A DNA stretch of 64,000 nucleotides, taken from positions 64,001-128,000 of the IMG/VR virus record IMGVR_UViG_3300045988_117466. One strand, given 5' to 3'. The stretch comes from a virus. The notes under the pieces are model-generated. The model worked only from the letters and a program-made list of their open reading frames with translations. It had not been told where the DNA came from and did not search any database. Of the stretch, positions 59,412 to 64,000 are shown one piece after another (within the stretch, counting starts at the first letter, position 1; each line of letters opens with the position of its first letter). The position numbers and the translations under genes were made by a program.

Positions 59412-59819
59412 ATGGAAATTATACAATCTGTAATGTATATGGTAGCTGTGTGGTTTGGAATGTGGATGGAAAGATTTTTACTCAAAAAGCAAGGTAAAAC
59501 CTATGAAAAAGTAAAAGAAGAAAATCTTGAATTAAAAGATATGTTATATTCTATTGAGGAAAATAGAAACTATTATAAAATGTTAAGTGATAATTATTAT
59601 GATCTAAATACAAGATTAAAAAGACTAAATTATATACTAGAAGAGGAAGTTAAGATACTAAAAACTCAACCAGAGGCAACAACACAGCACATAAACCCAG
59701 CAGACCAAGAAATCATAGAAGCTGTCAAGTATGCTATGAAAATGTCTCATCCAGACAACAATGGAAACGCAGAAGACTTTATGAAGTTCAGAAAGCTTTA
59801 TAAAGAAATAACAGAATAG
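59412..59819 (+). CDS. Membrane-anchored protein with a J-domain-like C-terminus
   Basis: TM segment MEIIQSVMYMVAVWFGMW. C-terminus ..IIEAVKYAMKMSHPDNNGNAEDFMKFRKLYKEI carries the HPD tripeptide in the helix II/III context. Confidence 0.45.
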   Translation: MEIIQSVMYMVAVWFGMWMERFLLKKQGKTYEKVKEENLELKDMLYSIEENRNYYKMLSDNYYDLNTRLKRLNYILEEEVKILKTQPEATTQHINPADQEIIEAVKYAMKMSHPDNNGNAEDFMKFRKLYKEITE

Positions 59820-59831
59820 GAAGTGAAACAT

Positions 59832-60122
59832 ATGTGGAAAATTGGAGATAGAGTAATTGTTGTTGAGGCTCCAGAAGAAAAGAATATTTGGAGATTAAAT
59901 ATTTCAGCAGGCGACAAGGGAACCATTATAGCCAAAAGAGATGGTCAGTATTTAATCCAATTTGATAAGGATATTGGTGGGCATGATGGAGCTTTTGAAA
60001 AACCACTAGGTAAAGATGGTCATTGTTGGTGGTTGTATGAAGAACATTCTTACCTTGTAAGTTGTGCCTTAGAGCTTAAGTGTAAGTGGATTCCAAAGAA
60101 AAGAAACAACAACTTCTACTAA
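59832..60122 (+). CDS. Small paralog family member A (GDRV type), tail KKRNNNFY
   Basis: MWKIGDRVIVVEAPEE..GTIIAKRDGQYLIQFD.. Ends IPKKRNNNFY. Confidence 0.55.
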   Translation: MWKIGDRVIVVEAPEEKNIWRLNISAGDKGTIIAKRDGQYLIQFDKDIGGHDGAFEKPLGKDGHCWWLYEEHSYLVSCALELKCKWIPKKRNNNFY

Positions 60123-60140
60123 AAGAAAGGCAAGGTAAAC

Positions 60141-60440
60141 ATGAGAGAACTTAAACTTGAAGATTGTAAGGTTGGGATGACTCTTAAGCTAAAGGAAGAT
60201 TGTCCTTTTAGAGAGTATTGGGAAATAGATCCTAAGGAACCGGTAAAGTGCATTGTCCTAGAGGTGATCGGGAGTCAAATAGATAGCATTTTTGTAGATA
60301 TCTACTATAAAAATGGGCGAAAATGTGTCCCGAGGAATTGGTATTTCTATACAGAAGATTCAATAATAGAGGCTAACGGTTATGAACTAATCTCAAAGAA
60401 CTTAGAGTATCCGAACAAGCGAAAGAACAATTACTATTGA
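60141..60440 (+). CDS. Small paralog family member B (EDC.VG type), tail KRKNNYY
   Basis: ..LEDCKVGMTLKLKEDCPF.. Ends PNKRKNNYY. Confidence 0.55.
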   Translation: MRELKLEDCKVGMTLKLKEDCPFREYWEIDPKEPVKCIVLEVIGSQIDSIFVDIYYKNGRKCVPRNWYFYTEDSIIEANGYELISKNLEYPNKRKNNYY

Positions 60441-60451
60441 GAGGTGCAAAT

Positions 60452-60757
60452 ATGCAAAAAGAAAAGGGAATTCGATTCGAAGATTGCCATGTTGGAGATG
60501 TATTTAGGTTAAAAACAAGGTGTCCTTTTGTGTACTATTACCTTATATCTGAGGGGATTGCTGTAGCAATAGAAGATAAAGTTACTGCAAGAGTAGTTCA
60601 TAAAGAAAGAGATACTCTTGATGTAATGGTATATGTAAATGGGAAAAGATGTGCAACAGATTGGGATTGTTGGCTTGCAAGCAGTTCGATCTATCGTGAA
60701 CATAGTTTTTACCTTAATGTCGATTCAAAGATTAATCGAAAGAACAACTATTATTAG
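60452..60757 (+). CDS. Small paralog family member C (EDC.VG type), tail NRKNNYY
   Basis: ..FEDCHVGDVFRLKTRCPF.. Ends KINRKNNYY. Confidence 0.55.
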   Translation: MQKEKGIRFEDCHVGDVFRLKTRCPFVYYYLISEGIAVAIEDKVTARVVHKERDTLDVMVYVNGKRCATDWDCWLASSSIYREHSFYLNVDSKINRKNNYY

Positions 60758-60782
60758 ATATAAGAGAAAGGAAAATAAGGCT

Positions 60783-61298
60783 ATGGGATATTTTAAAGTA
60801 GGAGATAGAGTAGAAGTAATAGGCATCTATGGGCAACTTCCTGCCTATTATGAAGAACAAATAGAGATAGGTTCAAAGGGAACTATAATTACTGTAGATT
60901 GGTATGGTATTGACGTAATATTTGACGATCTTAAACCTTATAAAGAGCCATCAAAGAACTCTTTGAATTTTGCTCCAATGTGGGATGATGATAAGGATAG
61001 TGAAGAATTTATTGATTCTGATATCCAAGGGACTGTTATTTTGGGCAAGGAAAACGCACCAAAAGCAGAGGTTCAAGTGAAATCTATTAAAATCAAAGAT
61101 CGGACTGTTATAAGAGACAATAACGGAGACCGCTTAGATGTAGAAATTATTACAGATCAGGGAAAGATTTTGGGAAGCACTTGTAGATGCTACAAAGGTT
61201 GCCACAATACTTGGGACATAACCAATTTAATAGGCAGAAAATTTCAAGGTATGAATGGTTTACTTCGTTATTTAATTGTGGAACAGAAAGGAAAATAA
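60783..61298 (+). CDS. Small paralog family member D (GDRV type), longer and without the tail
   Basis: MGYFKVGDRVEVIGIYG..GTIITVDWYGIDVIFD.. Ends EQKGK. Confidence 0.5.
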   Translation: MGYFKVGDRVEVIGIYGQLPAYYEEQIEIGSKGTIITVDWYGIDVIFDDLKPYKEPSKNSLNFAPMWDDDKDSEEFIDSDIQGTVILGKENAPKAEVQVKSIKIKDRTVIRDNNGDRLDVEIITDQGKILGSTCRCYKGCHNTWDITNLIGRKFQGMNGLLRYLIVEQKGK

Positions 61299-61300
61299 AA

Positions 61301-61600
61301 GTGAAAGATAGAGAAATTCGGACAGGAGATAGAGTAGAAGTTATTAAAAGTCATAACGAGGATTCATGTATTGATCACTATGCTCCTGTAGGGCTTAAAG
61401 GAACTGTAGTTTATGCAGAACCGAGACATTTGACAAAGCAAATAGCTGTTGAGTTTGATAAGTCTTTTAAAGAAGGACACGGTTGTAGTGGAAAAGTAAG
61501 AGGTAAGCGAGGGCAGTGGTATGAATATGATCCACATTCCAATATATATTGGAAAAATTGCTTAAAAATCTTATCCAAAAAGAAAAACAACTATTACTAA
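61301..61600 (+). CDS. Small paralog family member E (GDRV type), tail KKKNNYY
   Basis: GTG at 61301 after GAAAGGAAA. ..IRTGDRVEVIKSH..GTVVYAEP.. Ends LSKKKNNYY. Confidence 0.5.
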   Translation: MKDREIRTGDRVEVIKSHNEDSCIDHYAPVGLKGTVVYAEPRHLTKQIAVEFDKSFKEGHGCSGKVRGKRGQWYEYDPHSNIYWKNCLKILSKKKNNYY

Positions 61601-61647
61601 AGGTATTTCAAAATCAGTGGAGTGATTTTTGTTAATACATGAAGAAA

Positions 61648-61674
61648 GGCGGGATTTATTCCCGTCTTTTTTTA
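61648..61674 (+). terminator. Intrinsic terminator
   Basis: GGCGGGA-TTTA-TTCCCGTC followed by TTTTTTT. Confidence 0.6.
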
Positions 61675-61693
61675 AAACAGAAAGGAAATTAAG

Positions 61694-62074
61694 ATGAGTA
61701 AATTTAGATATTTAAATGAAGAAGAAACAAAAGTGTTATTACAGGTAACAGAATGGTTAGATAATCATTTCTTTAATCCAGAAAATAAATTCGATGAAGA
61801 ATATTTTGAGAAATACATGAGAGCAATCATTGACAACACAAGGGAAATGTACGAAGCGGTATACATCTGTGTGAACACAAAACCTGTAACTGTAATGATT
61901 TATGACTATGTACTTGACATTATTATTACCGATGCACGAGTTGACAAAGAAGCTAGAGAGATTGTAGAGATTGCTTTTACAACTTGGTTAATAAACATGA
62001 CAGATAAACCATTTGAAAAGATTTTTGAATGGATGATTAGGCTCGCAATCCAATCACGTAAAGCTGATGAGTAA
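61694..62074 (+). CDS. Hypothetical protein
   Basis: GAAAGGAAA box upstream. 126 aa. Confidence 0.45.
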   Translation: MSKFRYLNEEETKVLLQVTEWLDNHFFNPENKFDEEYFEKYMRAIIDNTREMYEAVYICVNTKPVTVMIYDYVLDIIITDARVDKEAREIVEIAFTTWLINMTDKPFEKIFEWMIRLAIQSRKADE

Positions 62075-62124
62075 AGAGTCATACAAAACAGAGAATATAC
62101 AAATAAAAGTGAGGCGATAAATAA

Positions 62125-63234
62125 ATGTTAAAAGCCTATAAATATAGATTATATCCAAACAGACAACAAATAAAACAAATTCAAAAAACTTTTGGGTGTT
62201 GTAGATTTGTATATAATCAAACTCTCGCATATAGGAAAGCAATGTATGAAACGAAAAAAGAATCTATGAATAAAACTTCTTGTAACAACTATGTTAATCA
62301 AGTTCTAAAAAAAAAATACGAATGGTTAAAGGAAGTGGATAAATTTGCTCTTACGAATGCAATTTATGATATGGATTTCGCATATCAGAAATTTTTCAAA
62401 GAGCATACAGGTTTTCCAAAGTTCAAATCTAAACGAGATAATAAAAAGTCATATTCTACTAATTTTACAAACAACAATATCGGAGTATCGTTTGAGAATA
62501 ATAGGATTAAACTTCCGAAACTTAAATGGATTAAAGCAAAGATTCATAGAGAATTTATAGGGAAGATAAAATCCGCAACAATTTCACAAGTACCGTCTGG
62601 CAAATATTTTGTATCAATTCTTGTAGAAACAGAGCATATTCCAATGGAGTCTACCGGTTGTATGATTGGTATTGACTTAGGTGTTAAAGATTTACTTATC
62701 ACTTCCGATGGAGCAAAATTTGATAATATTCGCACCACTAAAAAATATGAAGATAAACTAGCAAAAGAACAAAGAAAATTGTCTCATAAAGTAAAAGGTA
62801 GTATGAATTGGAATAAACAGAGAATAAAAGTAGCAAGAATACATGAAAAGATTCACAATACCAGAATTGATAACTTACATAAAATTTCTCATAAACTTGT
62901 CAGCGAAAACCAAGTGATAGTTTCTGAGGACTTATCTGTAAGTAATATGGTGAAGAATCGTAATCTTGCGAAGGCGATTTTAGATTGTGGATGGTATGAA
63001 TTAACAAGACAGATAAGTTATAAGTCTGATTGGAATAATCGTCAGTATATCAAGATTGGAAGATTTACAAAATCAAGCCAACCTTGTAATATATGTGGTT
63101 ACATTAATAAAAACACAAAAGATTTATCTGTTAGAGAATGGATATGTCCTCAATGTGGAACTATCCATGATAGAGATATCAATGCTGCAATTAATATTCT
63201 TAATGAAGGATTGAGATTATTAGATGTAGTATAA
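62125..63234 (+). mobile_element. tnpB: TnpB (IS200/IS605-family OrfB, RNA-guided nuclease type), with no TnpA nearby
   Basis: MLKAYKYRLYPN..FGCCRFVYNQ N-terminus. RuvC triad context IGIDLGVKD, VSEDLSV, HDRDINAAINI. Zinc finger CNICG..CPQCG. Confidence 0.85.
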
Positions 63235-63345
63235 ATAATACTTAGTACGACAGGGACTGTCGGAATTTACGCTTGTGGAGTTAGTAGGTTACGAGGACGA
63301 TGAAACAAGAAGCCCAACGAGCTTTAGCTCGTGGGTAGTTCAAGA
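63235..63345 (+). ncRNA. Candidate TnpB omega/right-end RNA scaffold (extent uncertain)
   Basis: Directly 3' of tnpB. Hairpins CGACAG-GGA-CTGTCG (63248-63262) and CCCAACGAGC-TTT-AGCTCGTGGG (63313-63335). Confidence 0.4.
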
Positions 63346-63383
63346 AAGTTACAGGATAAGACAAAGAAGAGAGGATGAAGACG

Positions 63384-63527
63384 ATGAATAGATTTGAAAC
63401 AGTAATGAAGTTAATTTGTTGGATTGCAGCAGTGACATTGGCATGGATGCACGTTTCAATTGTTGCAGTGATTGCACTTGCATTGGTTGGAACTTTTGGA
63501 AGTGAGGTTGATTTGGGTGCAAAGTAG
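63384..63527 (+). CDS. 47-aa membrane peptide
   Basis: ATG after AGAGAGGA. MNRFETVMKLICWIAAVTLAWMHVSIVAVIALALVGTFGSEVDLGAK. Below the ORF-track cutoff. Confidence 0.35.
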   Translation: MNRFETVMKLICWIAAVTLAWMHVSIVAVIALALVGTFGSEVDLGAK

Positions 63528-63867
63528 ACAATTAGGAAGGCAAGTATGTTTTAAAGATTGTCATGTTGGAGATGTTTTTGGAATAGATAAAGACAGTCCT
63601 TATATGCGTAGAAGTAGAAGCAGATTGGTTGTAGATAATTTATACGATCTTGAACCATCAGACATATTAAAAGCAAAAGTTATATCTGTAGAGGAAGAAG
63701 ATTCTACCATTTGCATAGATGTTTATGTAAATAATGAAGAGTATCCAAGGGTTTCAGGCTGGCTTTACTCCTGGATATACAATTCAGAAACACCACTGCA
63801 TGGTTCAGATTTGTGGATTGAGAATAATCTCAGATTCTTGTCAAAGAGAAAGAATAACTACTGGTAA
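63517..63867 (+). CDS. Small paralog family member F (EDC.VG type), tail KRKNNYW
   Basis: GTG at 63517. ..FKDCHVGDVFGIDKDSPY.. Ends LSKRKNNYW. Confidence 0.5.
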   Translation: MQSRQLGRQVCFKDCHVGDVFGIDKDSPYMRRSRSRLVVDNLYDLEPSDILKAKVISVEEEDSTICIDVYVNNEEYPRVSGWLYSWIYNSETPLHGSDLWIENNLRFLSKRKNNYW

Positions 63868-63881
63868 AGAGAGGTGTGAGA

Positions 63882-64000
63882 ATGGAGTTAAAAGTTGGGA
63901 TGAAACTCTACGACAAAAAACACAATATTGTATTAGTAATTGTGGATTTAGACATAGACAAAATATGTGTTTATAGTAAATCTTTTACCGGCAATAGAAA
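63882..64000 (+). CDS. Further small family-like gene, cut by window end
   Basis: ATG after GAGAGG. MELKVGMKLYDKKHNIVLVIVDLD.. Confidence 0.4.
   Translation, partial: MELKVGMKLYDKKHNIVLVIVDLDIDKICVYSKSFTGNR

Overview
This window is 64 kb of an AT-rich, siphovirus-like dsDNA phage genome with Firmicutes-style SD sites and intrinsic terminators. Positions 1-53585 form one minus-strand block. Read in transcription order (high to low coordinate), it encodes:
- a wHTH-like protein
- a YonO/QDE-1-like two-barrel RNA polymerase
- a Zn-ribbon protein
- a 3D-domain wall-active protein
- a 7-tRNA array (Ser-GCU, Ser-UGA, Tyr, Arg, Trp, Gln, Thr) with a 613-nt ORF-free insert
- an HU-like protein and a metallophosphoesterase
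- small and large terminase, portal, head, neck, major tail and chaperone-position genes
- a giant tape-measure gene, Dit, Tal and two fibre genes (the last runs off the window)

Positions 53586-55092 are a 1.5-kb ORF-free divergence zone. Positions 55093-64000 are a plus-strand block of small early-type genes. That block includes a paralogous family sharing a C-terminal KRKNNYY-type tail, and a solo TnpB with its downstream RNA.

The dominant unusual feature is five group I introns: one each in TerL, a neck gene and the RNA polymerase, and two in the tape-measure gene.
- Two carry homing endonucleases (GIY-YIG, and LAGLIDADG with an in-frame stop).
- One is ORF-less and sits inside the catalytic DFDGD codons of the polymerase.
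- The two tape-measure introns carry non-nuclease cargo (lipoprotein + secreted protein; Bro-N/KilAC + Rha).

Limits: all functional calls rest on motif recognition, synteny and hand folding. No database search or covariance model was run, and several splice sites are best guesses.
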